Notes: generated by a model not told the origin, from the letters alone. Counted from the stretch's first letter, positions 1 through 29,067 are shown. The stretch is DNA of 64,000 nt from Amoebidium appalachense (GCA_963693365.1 CAVNZM010000007.1:729979-793978); one strand, 5' to 3'. A program made the numbers and translations.

Positions 1-200
1 CATTCAAAATAGTGTGTGCACTTCACGTACATCTATTTATATGCTTCCTTGCTTGAGCATGGGTGGAGTGTGGGTGCTTGGGTGGGTGGGGAGGGGCGGG
101 GGAGGAGGGGAAGGGTGGGGGGGGGGGGGGAAGGGGGTTACCAAATTTGGCTCCGGAGGGGAAGTTTCAGCAAAGACGTTTGCAGTGAGGGGGGGGACAC

Positions 201-2918
<2,718 letters not shown>

Positions 2919-3378
2919 GGTGGCTCACGACTCAGTGGCGATGACTCAATATTCACCTTATAAGGCAAATCTGCTTTTCTTTTTTGGGAAGGAAATTCCG
3001 AAAGATCACATATGATTGGCTGATTTTCCTGCTTTCCACTTTTTGAAAAGTTTGAAAACTAAAGCTCTCTTCACACTTGTGTCAAGGAGTAGTGAAACCC
3101 AAAAAGTTTTGAGTTATAAAACAGATAGCTAGTAGGAGTTATAGAAAAGATAGCTAGTTTTCATATATATTAAACTTGATAATACACGTGATTATTCTCT
3201 TTTACAGACCTGTAAGATGTCTCCCAAAGGCGTTTCTGAAGGAGGTATGGCCCGAAAGAGATCCACGCCCACATCCACAGCATGAACACCTAGCTCTTGT
3301 GTTTTTGCTCGTTTCCTCTGAGTGCACTTGGGATGCTTGTGTAGGTGCCCCGGGGAGAGAAAAGAGAAAACAACAGCT

Positions 3379-12258
<8,880 letters not shown>

Positions 12259-13164
12259 GCCAATAGAATGTGGGTCTGCATAGCCTTAATTAGAAATGGT
12301 ACCTAGTCTAGATATATATACATATATATTGTTGTTGTAGGTGTATTTATGGTGACTTCTAGGGAGTGCTTAAAGCAGTGCTCGGCTGAACACGTATTGA
12401 TGTTGTATGATATCCCTATTAATATATCAGGCCCATATGAGAGCCGGTGCACATGGGAGAGATTGGAAGAGCTCGAGCTCAGCGTTGTGTAAAAAAAAAC
12501 AAGAAAAAAACAAACAATACATATAATGGGAGGTTTACGCTATATACGTATGAGAACATGTCCATATTATGCTCTCCGGCAGAATCCTACACCTGGGTAT
12601 ACATATTAAATATTTTTGTTAATATACCATTGTATGTCGCAGTACCGTATGGGAAACTGATTCAAATTTTTACACTGCGTGATTCCACGGTCCGTGAGAG
12701 TTTGCAACATGTGCAGCGATAGTGATACAATTTGGCAACAAAGTAAATAAGCACTGCAATACTTTGGAAGAGCAATGTATATTGATAACTAGACGACACA
12801 CTTTCCCGTCTTCCGCCTCCCAAGGCCCAGCCAAAACTTTTGAGTCATATCAAAAGCATGGATTCAATGACGTCATGAGTCGGGATTACGAGATCGGATT
12901 GGTTGAGGGGGTTAAATGGCGCGAAAATCCCCAGCTGATATTCACTGTTTGGTTGAGGCAACTGCCAACTTGAGGGCCGCCCCAGCATAAAACTGCACAG
13001 CCAAACTGAAGTCTTCCTAGAATAGCTCTAGATCTTTTGGCAGATTTATAACTTCTGCTCAGAAATTCCTCACTGATTGTCTTGTGAAGTCGTGTATATA
13101 CAAACAAATACATCTAGCCAAAGTGCCTCAAACTATTAGTTCAGAAGAAGCATCCCCAGGCAAC

Positions 13165-13509
13165 ATGGATAATCCTCGTTTGGTTGCTCGGGCGGAAGAG
13201 CTGGACGGTTTGGGCAGAGAGATAGATGGCGTTGTTAGGATGCTAGTAGACGTGACGACAGAAATACAAGCACTGCAGACTAGCATTGGGCATGCTCGGA
13301 TCAAGGAGCTGCGACAGGAGAAGGAGAGTCTTCTTGTGCTCTATAAACATCTGGCCTTAACGCGAACTTCCATGATAAGGGGTGAGCCAAGCACACTCTG
13401 TCATCCGATTTCAAGCCTGCCATCCTGTCACCTACTTTCTTTTTATGCTGCCTATTCCTGTTAGCTTTTTTTTTTTTTCCCGGAATCGTGCCTCCCCCGC
13501 CCCCCTTAC

Positions 13510-13545
<36 letters not shown>

Positions 13546-14340
13546 TCCCTGCCTACCTGCCTCTCCTTCTCCCCACACACAGACACACCCCTCCGCGCGT
13601 GCGTGTGCGCACACGCACAAACACACAAAAACACGACCACCTAACCCAAAAATTCACACGCACACTTGCTTGCACACTTGCACCATATACCACACTCTAC
13701 CGCCTATGTTTTTCAGCTCAAGCAGCTTTCCCACAGCCATTCACATTACGGATATTTACGCTTGGTTTCCTTCTTCTCCTTTGCAGCCTCAGTTCGGGGT
13801 CAAGAGGAAGAAAGTGCAGCAGCCCACACAAGCACCATCTCGAGCCCAGCAAGCCCCAACCTCCACCCAACACGACTTCAATCCAGCAGCAGCAGCCAAG
13901 CCCAGCTCCAACAGACAGCCGAGCACACAGACACCAGCGAAGAAGAAATCTACACGTCCTCCTGGCCCACCCACAGGATTCAGTGCTCCCCCATCCCCGA
14001 AAAATGCAGCTGTGAAACACACCCCCTCGCTCTCTACAAGATTGAAGACCGGCTCTGGCCAGAGTATGTCGACATTGTTGGGCTCATAAGTAGTGTTGTT
14101 CTCGGTCTCCTCCTCACCATTCTGTACGATCTCGGAACAAGCATCCCACACACAGCCCAATACACCACCGCAGTCATGTTGGCCTTCTTCTGCTTCCCTG
14201 CCAAACCAGAGTGGAAATGGGCCTGTATGCGATTGCTTGCACGCAAGATGGACATGGCGATGGGGATGGGCAGCCCACGCGCATCTCCGATCCCACGGTT
14301 GCCCCCATCAGCCATGCAACGGATGACTCTGACTTGCTGA
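13165..14340 (+). CDS. Hypothetical protein with N-terminal coiled coil (2 exons; frame of exon 2 uncertain)
   Basis: Exon 13165-13381 (MDNPRLVARAEELDGLGREIDGVVRMLVDVTTEIQALQTSIGHARIKELRQEKESLLVLY...|gtgagc, phase 1). Acceptor ttgcag at 13786 continues to TGA 14340 with a hydrophobic stretch IVGLISSVVLGLLLTILY. No recognisable family. Confidence 0.4.
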
Positions 14341-15167
14341 ATGAGTGCGGAAACGAGGGCACACCACTGCTGAGCGAAACACAGTGACCAAAAAGTTAAA
14401 CCGTTTGCCGAGGAAGTTTTAAAACCCCTAAAATGCAAGAATAGCCACACCTTTGACGAAAACTTTGGCGAACGATGGCCGCACGATACAATGCATACAA
14501 GAAGATAAAATATGATGGTTTAATACTATATGTTAATGGGCTAGTGTTGAAAAAAATTGCCGTTTTAAAAGGCTGCTGGATTTGAGGTTCTCGGTGCAAA
14601 GTGCTTGAAAGATACTATGACTTATGATGTATGTATGAGTGATGTGGTAGGGAAGATGTATATTATGCGATAGTCATTGTAAGCCTTATTATCGAGTTTT
14701 TCACTGAATAACTCGATAAGGTGAATGAAAAAAATTACAATTCATGATGTTCCTCAGATGCTCGTCTAGCCCAGCACCAAGGGGGCTCCCTCCCCCTTGG
14801 TGGCTCCCCCCCCCTCCGCCCCCCCCCCTTCCTTCTCCCCCTCCGCAGTCCGCGCCCCCTTCCCCCCCCCCCCTACTACCTCCACCACCACCACCACCAC
14901 CGTCCCCCCTCCGTCACCCTCTCTCTCCCTCCCCAAGCCCACGCACGTGCACATTCTGAATGTGTGTGTATTTATATACTACGATCCGAATTATCTAGTA
15001 ATTACTAGGCTGAGCATGAACTAAAGGCTAGGCCCTTTGTATTCCAGGACACTTATTATGCTTTCTCAGTTTGAAGTTCCACACACATCCTTCTTTGCAC
15101 GCAGCAACAAAACGTGCAGACCGCCCATACCCCAAAAACTGTGCTTGCGCGGCGCGCGAGCGCACGG

Positions 15168-15266
<99 letters not shown>

Positions 15267-15445
15267 GGCACACACACGTGCAGAACTCTGTTTGCTTTAG
15301 AACAGTGCATGCAGGCTGCTCTTGCCACCTGCAAAAGGTCTGTCCAAAAAAGGCTCACTGAAACCGTGCCACCATGTGTTCACCCCCACTCCCCGCTCCC
15401 TTCCTCCCCTCCCCTCCTGTCCCCCCCCCCCCCCCCCCCCCCATC

Positions 15446-15477
<32 letters not shown>

Positions 15478-15552
15478 TTCCCCCCCCCTCCTCGGCCCCC
15501 CTTGCCCCCGGACCCCTGCCGCAAACGTGCCCTGCCGGATCACCACCCTAAA

Positions 15553-15658
<106 letters not shown>

Positions 15659-15788
15659 CCTTTGCACACACTATGATGCACACACAGACACTCATGCACA
15701 CACACCCTCGCACACACACACAGTGTCACACACACAGTGTCACACACACAGTGTCACACACACGCACACACATACGCACACGCACACG

Positions 15789-15837
<49 letters not shown>

Positions 15838-15926
15838 GCCCATACACACACATACACACACACACACCCACACACACACACACACACACACATACACACA
15901 CACACACGCACATACACACACACACA

Positions 15927-15971
<45 letters not shown>

Positions 15972-16426
15972 ACACATGCACGCAAGATCGCGTGAACATG
16001 CACGGACACACACACACACCACACTCATTGGCACTTGCATTAGAGTGGCATGCTATTTGCCACTTGCAAATGGTATTCTGCTATAGCTACTAAGTGGCCT
16101 CTTTCGTATTGAATTCTAGATCTTGTAATTACTCGACAAGTTGATATCGGGTTTAATGGCATACTCTTTTACACACCTTTCGGGCAGTCAAGCTTAAGGT
16201 AAGTTATGCAATATTGTGATAAAATGCACTGCAGGCTTTTTATTGGGTGTGCTGAACCAATTGTTTTAATCAGTGAAGTGAATGACATATGTTCGTGCAC
16301 TTTGATTGGAGATGTCCTCGAGTTTTGATTGGATACGTCAAGGATAGTCGCGTCCGGATCCATGACGAACGGGTCTCGACTGGTATGCTTGTCTCGTGTG
16401 TGTACATGTGTTTGTGTGCGCGTCCG

Positions 16427-16470
<44 letters not shown>

Positions 16471-16611
16471 TGTGTGTATGTGTGAGTGTGTGTCTATGTG
16501 TGTGTGTCTATGTGTGTGTCTCAAACTATGTGTGAGTGTGTATATGTGTGTGTGTATGTGTGTTTGTGTATGTGGCGGGGACCCAGGTTCGGTGTGAGGG
16601 GTGGGGTTGGG

Positions 16612-16643
<32 letters not shown>

Positions 16644-16940
16644 GCTCGAGGAACACGGTGACGGTGTTAGGAGCATATCTTGGAGAGATGGTCTCAGTGT
16701 TAGATGGTTTGTGTGGACGTGTGGATGTACACGTACGTGCATGCTTCTCTCTGTCATGTGTCTGGGTGTTTGTGTTGGTGTGCGCGTGTGCGAAGTGCAT
16801 GTGCGCGCGTGTTTGGGGAGAATGTATGTGGGCTGGTAGTGGTGGTGGTGTGTGTGTGCGCGCGCACGCACGTAACTGTGTGTGGTGATCGGTTTCGTGT
16901 GTTTTGTTGCCAAGTTGGTGGTGGTGGTGGGGGGCGGCGT

Positions 16941-16977
<37 letters not shown>

Positions 16978-17350
16978 GGGGGGAAGGGGGACAGGCAGGG
17001 GAGGTGCCGAGGGGGTTCCGACAAATATTTTCAATACTGTGCACATTATCAGCCAGGTTCGAAAACCATTTCTTTTGTTATTGAGTTTTCGCACCTGCGT
17101 GCGCACGTGCAGTTTCATAGTGCAAGTAAAACAGAAACCAATCAGAATCATTCATTAATCAGAATGTCACATTTGTATTTCGGTATATCAGCAGGGAAAA
17201 ACACCATTCAATGTCAATACTTACTACATATAGTAACGAGCAGCGCTGTAACTCAGGGTGTGAAAATCTCGAGCCAAAAACAAAAAAAAATTCGGATGGA
17301 GAATGTGGGGTGCAACTAAGTATTGGATGTGAGTTCAGGTGCACTGTGTA

Positions 17351-17388
<38 letters not shown>

Positions 17389-18094
17389 TTGTGTGTGTGT
17401 GCGCGCACATGTGTGTATGTATGTGTGTGCATGTGTGCGCCTGAGCACAGCACACACCCACATGTCTCCTTGTGTTTGCACGTGTGTGCGTGTGAGTGTG
17501 TGTGTGGATCACTACACGTGTACCGTGAGTTGTTCCTATTTGTGTGATGCGAACCTGTGTGTCACGCCTATATTCAGCCATTGATACAACATAACATTCT
17601 CGTAACTGCGTAATTACAGACAAAACCGCGCGTCATCCGCAACTGTACTACACAAATAACTGTACATACACAGAGCCCTTCTACGTTGTATGTTACATTC
17701 ATGGCAAAAAAAACATTATCAGACACCACTTTTGCACTTTCACATCTACTCTTACAATCATTTCATGCTAAAGGAGGATTCGTGAAAGATTTCGCCATCA
17801 GTCCCCCCCCCCCCCACCTCTCCCCTTGGCAGATCATAGCCAGTGTCAACACCGCCCACGCGATTCGCAAATACGCTTTCACGTAATATCCCCCTCCCAC
17901 TTCCCCCCACCTCCCCCACCCCCACACCCTTTTGACTCGAACGAGTATTCAATCCATCACAACGTATACATGCCCCCCCCCCCTCTCCCCCCTTCCCTCC
18001 CCATCTTCGCCCACCACTATTCACCCGATCAACATCGCTTCCTATATCGGCAGACTGGTCGAAATAACCACCACCCAACCCCACCCCTATTAGG

Positions 18095-20665
<2,571 letters not shown>

Positions 20666-21495
20666 AGTGGTGGGTGAATGTGGTTGTGTGTGAAAGAGAG
20701 AGAGAGAGAGAAAGAAAAGGGAAGAGAAGTGTTGAATGAAGAAGCTTGTTCAGCCCTGTGAAGAGTGCCACTAACGCACAAGAGCTTGGCTTAAGGATTC
20801 TGAGTGGTTAGGACATGGAAACTTCCGCAGCGAGAAGAGCCTAAAACGATGTTGTTCTCCAATGTGTTGTGAGTGCATGAGTGTTTGTAGCCCACAAGGT
20901 GCCTGTCACGCTGTTTTTCAGCCCTAGTTATATATATATAGGCCTAAGTAAAATGACGTAAACGTTGTAGACTGCACCGTGGTCAATTTGAAAGCAGAGA
21001 AAATAGAGCACGCCGCTCTCAGGTTAGAGAGTGCTGATTGCTAAAAAGCGCGCCAAATCAAATGATATCACAAAAAAAAAAAAAAAAAAAAAAATCAAAA
21101 AGGTCATATGCGCACTTAGCACCGCGCGGAGCACATTCTCGGCAGAAAGGCTAGCAATTTAATACAGTGTCATAACCACGTGTACATCCGCAACCTTAGC
21201 TACATATTCGTATGTGGCCCCAAGGCCTTTTAGGTTGAATTTGTGACGAAAGGATTCCCCCCTCCCCCCCCCCTCCCCCCCCCCCCCCCCCCCCCCCGGC
21301 CCCGGCCCCCCCTCCGAGGCTCCCCCCCCCGGCCACTCCCCCCTTCCTCTCCCCCCCCCCCACATCCCCCCCCCCCGCCCCCCCCCCCATCCCCCCCCAC
21401 CCTTCTCTCCTGACCCGCCCCTGACGTGACGGCCCTGACAAGGCCCCCACCCCCCCTCCCGGAGCCAACCATCTTTCACCCCTCCCCCCCCCTCC

Positions 21496-21532
<37 letters not shown>

Positions 21533-21626
21533 TCACCCCCCTCCCCCCTCCAACCCCCAAACCACCACGTGCACACACACGTGCGCACGGCATTCCCGAT
21601 TCCCCTGACACCGTAGAACTTGCTCA

Positions 21627-21679
<53 letters not shown>

Positions 21680-22327
21680 AAAAAAGACAAAAAAAAAAAA
21701 CCACCACCACCAACACCACCCCAACACCTCATATGGCACATGCATGCGGCTTTCCCCATGCCGGGATTTTGCAGCCGGTATCTCATGGTATTACTAAGTC
21801 ACCGTGTGTATATGTGCGGATATGTTTGTGTGTGTACGTGTGAGTGTGGGTCAGTGTGCGTGTGTGCGTGTGTGCCATGATGTGTATGAGTTGCCTAATG
21901 TATGACGCCCAAGTTTGCTTGTATATTGTGATTCGTATTGCCGTGTGATTAGTGGCCCTCCTGCGCTTGCCTGTACAGGTGTGTGCACACGTGCGAGCGA
22001 GCGAGCGAGCGTGCGTGCGTGCGTGCGTGCGTGTGTGCGTGTGTGCGTGCATGTGTGCGTCTATGCGTGTGTGCGTGTGTGCGTGAGTGTGTAATCGTGC
22101 GTGCGCTGATTGTGTGTGTGCGTGTGTGTGCATGTGTGAGTGCTTGCTGCCTCATATTCCACAAATAGTTTTATGTATAGTCCATGACTCAACATTACAA
22201 AGAGGAGGAAACAGCAGGGGGACCGGGGGGGGGGGGGGGGGGGGGAGGGGAGGGCAATTGTAACCAATCTGCCCCCCCCCCCCCCCCCCCCTCCCCCCCC
22301 CCCCCCTCCCCCCCCCTCCCCCCCCCC

Positions 22328-22376
<49 letters not shown>

Positions 22377-22391
22377 CCCCCCCTCCCCCCC

Positions 22392-22423
<32 letters not shown>

Positions 22424-22546
22424 CCCCCCCCCCCCGGGGGGCTGCCCCGGGGTCCCCTTCCGCCTCGAGCTAATAATAAAGAATCTATCGCCTTTGCAGT
22501 TACCCATGTGTCTATATTCTGTGTGTTGTCGGCTTGTCTGCACACA

Positions 22547-22665
<119 letters not shown>

Positions 22666-23166
22666 TCACGGTGTGTGTGTGGTCGGCAAGGGTGGGGCGG
22701 TGGGGCCCGAGGTGGGTGGGTGGATGGAGGGGAGGGAGGGGGGGGGGGGGGGGGGAGGGAGGGGAGGTTAGAGGGGTTGAGGAAGGAACCGGAGTACAGA
22801 GAGACCATGAAGCAAGAAAAGAGTGAAAGGAAAAGCGTGTGTCAGTGAGCACGTCTTGAGTGTGTGTGTGTGTGTGCATGTGTGAACCGTTACGGTGTTT
22901 CAACAGTGTGCATGTATGCGGCACGTATGTGTGCATGCGTGAATGCATGTGCCTGCAAGTGTGGAGTGTCTACGGTTCCTGCTTTTGATGTGTGTAACCT
23001 AATGTTAGTATTACTTACAGACACTTTCAGTTTGGAAGTGTGTGTTTGTATTTGAGCACCGATGTGAATGCATCGGCATCATCATGTATCATGATTAAAT
23101 GTTTGCATGATTTGCGTCACAGTGGTTTGTGTGCATACACGTATGTAAGGGCCAAATTTATGTGAG

Positions 23167-23284
<118 letters not shown>

Positions 23285-24010
23285 ACGTGTGCGTGTGCGT
23301 GTGTGACGGTATGTGTGTGTGTGTGTGCGTGTGCGTGCGTGCATGCGTGCGCGTGCAAACGCATGCACTATTACTGTGTGTGTGTGTGTGTGTGTTGGGG
23401 TGTGTATACCGACTGTGACCGGTGCACGGAGATTTGGGGTGCCTCGGAGACGCGTGTTAGCGTTTCTGACAGGCTGTGAATGTGGGCCCTTGCTGATACC
23501 ATATCTGTAGCAGTACATGATGTAGTGGCTTCAGCATGTAGCTCTCCATGAGTGCGCTTGGGCAACGTGTAACAACTTCACGTACACCCGTGTATACACT
23601 GGTGGTGGGAAATAGTGAGCTCGGGGAATCGTGCGCATGGGGGAAACTCTGCAAGCCCAGCTGGGGGTATGAGAATGATGATTGTACCATTGGTGGGGCG
23701 GTGGAAAGAAAAGATGGGCACCGGCCGGTCGTTGATGGTTAGTTAGCGAGTGCTGTAGACAAATGAATCGAGCTGGTTTCAGCGAGCCCGTTCGGTTCAG
23801 TCCAACAACAAAAAAATACTTGTCCATCAATATGAGAGACCCCCCTCACGTTCGGCGTATAGGCTCCAGGCGAATACCACCCCCGGCTGCAGAGTTTCGG
23901 AAGAGGGGAGACTCAGGGGGGAGGGGGGGGGGGGGGAGGGGGGGGGAGGGGGAAAGGGGAGTATCTGTATTCCGGGGGGATGGGGAGAGGGTGCGGGGGG
24001 AAGAGGGGGG

Positions 24011-24426
<416 letters not shown>

Positions 24427-27400
24427 AGGGAGGGAGGGAGGGAGAGAGAGGGAAGGAGGGAGGGAGGGAGAAGGGGGGGGGGGGGGGAGGAGAGGGGGGG
24501 AGGGGGCGAGGGGGGGGGGGGGAGGGGGGGGGGGTTTGCTGGGTACATGTTCCACTACAGACAGTGTTACCATCAAAGGAAGAAAGGGAAATGCTCACCA
24601 GCTGTGGATAGCAGCGTCACGTGCGCATGCACGTGACCTTTGCACATGGCCATGCAGCCTTGCAGCAAGTGCCACAAGAAAACAAGCAAATTTGCTAACT
24701 TGCTATGCCACGGTGTGCACTGTATGCATGTATGTTCAATGTATGTATATAGGATGCCAGATATGAAAGATCGAAGTATACGTATACGCGCACACTGTAT
24801 GCGACACATGTCATCGATATCACGGCACAACGTCAGGTAGCTACGTAGTGTATTCATGTCACCCGTTACACCCGTAGGACTGGGAAGTGTTGTTACTGGT
24901 GCACGTGGTTGGGGTGATGATTCGACGAGTTAGTTCAGTTAGTTAGCCTACTTCAGTTATCCCTTTTTCACGGTGCACTTGGGTACCGGTGACGCTGAAG
25001 TTTGCTACCCTACAGGGCCTACACCCCTTTCCTGAAGTTGGGTAAGATCATCCACTTTCGTTGGTGTTTTGGCGCATATATGCGTGTGTGCACGTGCACA
25101 ACACTAATCACTCTGAACACATGTACATGAGCACATTGTGCACGCGTATGCAAATGCACACTGTCGTGAGTCGGCCGTGCGATGGCCAGGCCCATAGATG
25201 TGCCAGTGCATACCAGACGGAATTGTGAGGGCTCGACCAATCATCAATCGCCTTATTCCTATTGGCTTAACGTAACTGCGACGACTTCAATCCCATTTCC
25301 TATTGAATTAAAATGCATCAAGGCGGTGCGAGGGCTGCAGCGGATTGGCTATTGGCTAAACAGACAGATCCCAGTAGAGTGGAAGAAGAAATTGCAGCCC
25401 TGACTGTTTTTTTATGGAGCTCATATTATGAAGTACGAAAGAACTCCGCTGCATACGTTTGTGCATTACTTGATATGCGTCATGCCGCCAAATTAGGCTT
25501 TTTGAAATATCTACGTATTATAATGTTTTAGTTACAAGCTACAAAAGGGCATTAAATTCCCTGGATCCGGGCTGTGCTTGCGCTGTAGAAAAAATATATA
25601 TACATACGTGTATATATATATCATATACATCATTAGAGCGCTAGCTATAGTAACCTTTTTTGACTTTTCTAAAACAGTGCCGCCAGCTCCTGATTTCGGT
25701 AAAACTTCAATACTCCCTTTACTCGTAATCGGAATCCGAGGGATAAGAAAAAATAAACTCTAAGAAACTGTTTCACACGGTCGTTTCAAACTATTTTGTA
25801 TTAAAAAAAAAAGAAAACAAAAAAAGGCGAAGTTGCCACGCCCCGCTTCAAGTGGTGCAGGGGGATCAACAGGGATAGTATCTTCGGCAGGGTGTGAAAT
25901 TGTTCTTTTGGCTCTGGGCAGCCAACTCCGCCACGCTTTCTTCAACCTTAGTAATGTAGGTGACAGCCCTAAGTCGACCGCGGAGAGTATATACACATAA
26001 AGATAGTTACATTACTGTTTAGCCCATTTGTGAAAAGTCAGTGTACCTAACATCATGAGATTAGGGACACTACTCTGAATCCAGAAATCAAATAACCGAT
26101 CATGATGTTGACACTTTTGCCTGGCACCACTTTTGCCTGGCACCCGGCCCGCGGTCGCGGCTGTCACTGATGCCCAGGAGCCTGCCGCAACTGGCCTTCG
26201 TTCCAAGCTATTTATCACACTTTTTTTTGTTTGCAAACACACGGTTCCCTTTGTTATTATTGTTATACTCTGCGTACCCACTGTTGGCAGCAATGAAAGG
26301 TCTAACATTCCTATCTGCATCCTGTGGGCCACCATGACCTGAAGCCAATCGAAGCCGTGCACTCTTTGGAGCCGCAAATCAGTGACTCGTATCAATGAAC
26401 TCTGGCGCAATCTTGCATATATAAACTACTCAAAACCCTGTATTTGCACTAAAGTACAGTAGCTTATCATTTTGTTTACAAAATACGCTTAAATGCTCGG
26501 AAAACTGCTGCTAACGCCAAAATAGAAGGGTCACCTCTGACAACCTCTGACTCACCTGTGTTGAGGCTAATTGAAGAGCCTTTCCGATTGGCTGCAGCTC
26601 ATGGTTGCTGCGACTGTTCCTATTGGTCTAATCGATTACAAATGGATCCCCCAAAACCCATATGTGTGGGGTGTGTGTAACAGAGGGGTTACATTTTCCA
26701 GTTTCGGATTTCGGCCAAGTGAAATTCCGTTACAGACATAGGACTGCAACTTGCCTTACATATAGTAAAAATCAAAAACTCTTCACTTTCGAAGGATATT
26801 GCGGTATAATGACACTTCATTTTCCGCATTTACTAGCTACATACTGTTACACACATACGAAAACGGGGTCTCAAATTCCCGAGGGAACGTAGTGGACATA
26901 CGATCGCCCCCCCACCAAGAAGTGTTGGGGGATCCTACAAATAGTCAGCTGATGATCTTGTTCACAAAGAGAAAAGCAGTCAGTAAAGAAATGGCATTCC
27001 CATTACTGGTTGCTTATACTTATATTCCTTTGTTTGACCTCCAAAATACCTCTTTAGAAGAATTTCATTTATAATGATGGCAGTTGATTTACTCCCCTGT
27101 TGCACGTGCATGAGGGAGTCACTGCTGCTCAGCATTCGATTACACCGGCCGGCTATTCGGAGAGCACAAGCCTCGCATTGATTGGACCATACGCACGTGT
27201 GCGGTTTGACTCGTTCACTAAATTGTTAATAGACAGAAATGAAGTAAAAACAATAATATTAAAGCAATAAAAAATATCTATATAAATCCGCATTAATGGT
27301 TCTACATAGTTAAGCTACGAAGCACGTGCCTGATCCATGCGCATTGTTCTCAAACAAGGAGAAACACCTAATCTCGACAATATCAATTGGTCCTAAATCG

Positions 27401-27678
27401 TTCTCCTATTGATCCTAAATCATGCATCTCAAACGTCACAGTTCCATTTGCTGTTGGTCTATATGCCTGTGCTAACACGCTTTTTCTTCGACCACTTCAT
27501 GCGTTCGATATCTCCACAACAACTCGGCGCAAAAGTTCTTTGGGGTAATACCAAAACAACGAAAATCCACACTTTTTGTGTGTGTTCTTTTCCGTGTGCG
27601 TTCCTTCTGGCGCTAGGGTACCGTTTTATGTCTATCTTGTCACGTTACTAGTCCTTCCTCTAAGCTATATACGTGGGA

Positions 27679-29067
27679 ATGGCAGAGCCAGTGCTAGGTA
27701 CATCTGACCGGGGCGATGACGAGATCCAAAAAACATCGCTTTTGGAGCAGCACACGCTCAAGCGTGCTGTGGCCATTGAAACGTACGTGCGCAGTTTCCG
27801 CTTGCACCATGGCCTGGTGACGGGCAGCAGCAACCCCCTTACCCTGCGCATGGAGGGCTTCGTTGGCACCCTGGCGCAGAAATGCACTCTAACCCAACTG
27901 GCGCAAGAGGGCGGTGATGCGCTTGTGGATGTCCTCCAAACATCGTCCGGGTTGGCTCGCGCGGCGCTTGCGTCCGTTGCTGAGGCATATGCGTACACGG
28001 TTGGGCCCATGGGCGACCTTGAGGAGTTTGCCGGGGCCGTTGTCCCCTACCTTCCCCTGTGGGCGGACAGTAGGCGCTTCGTGTGTGCCTTCAAGCTGCT
28101 GGCCACCTTCACACGCCGCACCGCCGATACACGCCCCGTCGACCTTTCCATCATTTTGGGCGCACTGCACGCGCTCAAGGAGGCCTGCGACGCGTGCGGT
28201 GAGCTTCTTGCGGCTGCATGTTCCACCCCGGTGTCTGCAAGCACCTGGGACAGTGGCAACACTGCGTTTGCATGGAACGTGTTTGGCTCCCAGCCCACAA
28301 GCAGCAGCAGCAACAGCTTCACTCCCCCCGACACCCCCGAGCACGGCTCCCCCACCCCTGCGCGCAGCAAATCTCTGCCCAACGGCACTACAAGTGCCCC
28401 CAAGCCCCTAGCCCAGCCCCCTCGTCGTGAGACCATCTCGTCGGTGAAGACGGCCTTTGAGAGTGTACCTAGCCCAGGCCAGGTGGCCCCTACCGGCGTC
28501 AACTACGAACTACTTCCCGTGGGGTTGATGGCTGCACTGGACGACAGCATCGAGACGGCATCTTCCCTCGAGTCCATGAGCGACGAACTGAGCGAGGGCG
28601 GGGTGTCGCCCAGCTACCATCATAGCAAGATCTACTGGCACCAGGCTTCAAAGCCCCAGCCCCCCATGCAGCACCCGGCCTACGACCACATGCCCATGGC
28701 CTACCATGCCGAGGAGGAATGGGCTCAGATGATGGCCGTGCGCAATGGGGATGTCTATAGTCGGCTCGACAAGATGCTCCCGGCCCTGCAGTGGAAGGAG
28801 CGTCCCACGGGCTTCCGCGTTGTCATGTGCCGCCACATGGACTCCAAGGGCAAGTGCAAGAAGGCAGGCACGTGCACCTTTGCACACTCCCAGCCCGATC
28901 TCGAGCGTTTCCGTGCGCTGTTCATCCCCACGGAGAGATGCAACTACGGGGCCAAGTGTGTGTACCGCAGCAAGAACTGCCAGTACAGCCACACCCCGAC
29001 GGAGCAGCACCGCTCCATCAAGTATTATAACCTGGCCGTGGCCCAGGCCTGCGCCAACTCTGCGTAA
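27679..29067 (+). CDS. Intronless tandem CCCH zinc-finger protein, Roquin-like finger (~462 aa)
   Basis: Single uninterrupted GC-rich ORF from ATG 27679 to TAA 29067. C-terminal MCRHMDSKGKCKKAGTCTFAHSQPDLERFR (C-x8-C-x5-C-x3-H) and CNYGAKCVYRSKNCQYSH; helical N-terminus; Ser/Pro-rich linker. Confidence 0.9.
   Translation: MAEPVLGTSDRGDDEIQKTSLLEQHTLKRAVAIETYVRSFRLHHGLVTGSSNPLTLRMEGFVGTLAQKCTLTQLAQEGGDALVDVLQTSSGLARAALASVAEAYAYTVGPMGDLEEFAGAVVPYLPLWADSRRFVCAFKLLATFTRRTADTRPVDLSIILGALHALKEACDACGELLAAACSTPVSASTWDSGNTAFAWNVFGSQPTSSSSNSFTPPDTPEHGSPTPARSKSLPNGTTSAPKPLAQPPRRETISSVKTAFESVPSPGQVAPTGVNYELLPVGLMAALDDSIETASSLESMSDELSEGGVSPSYHHSKIYWHQASKPQPPMQHPAYDHMPMAYHAEEEWAQMMAVRNGDVYSRLDKMLPALQWKERPTGFRVVMCRHMDSKGKCKKAGTCTFAHSQPDLERFRALFIPTERCNYGAKCVYRSKNCQYSHTPTEQHRSIKYYNLAVAQACANSA

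Noticed and set aside
24914-24999. GTGATGA...CTGA snoRNA candidate
   Set aside because: No terminal stem, no internal C'/D' pair and no rRNA complement I can recognise.
26012-26410. 132-aa minus-strand ORF in repeat-poor sequence
   Set aside because: No recognisable motif, includes a 16-bp tandem duplication and an A-run, and cannot be linked to other exons.
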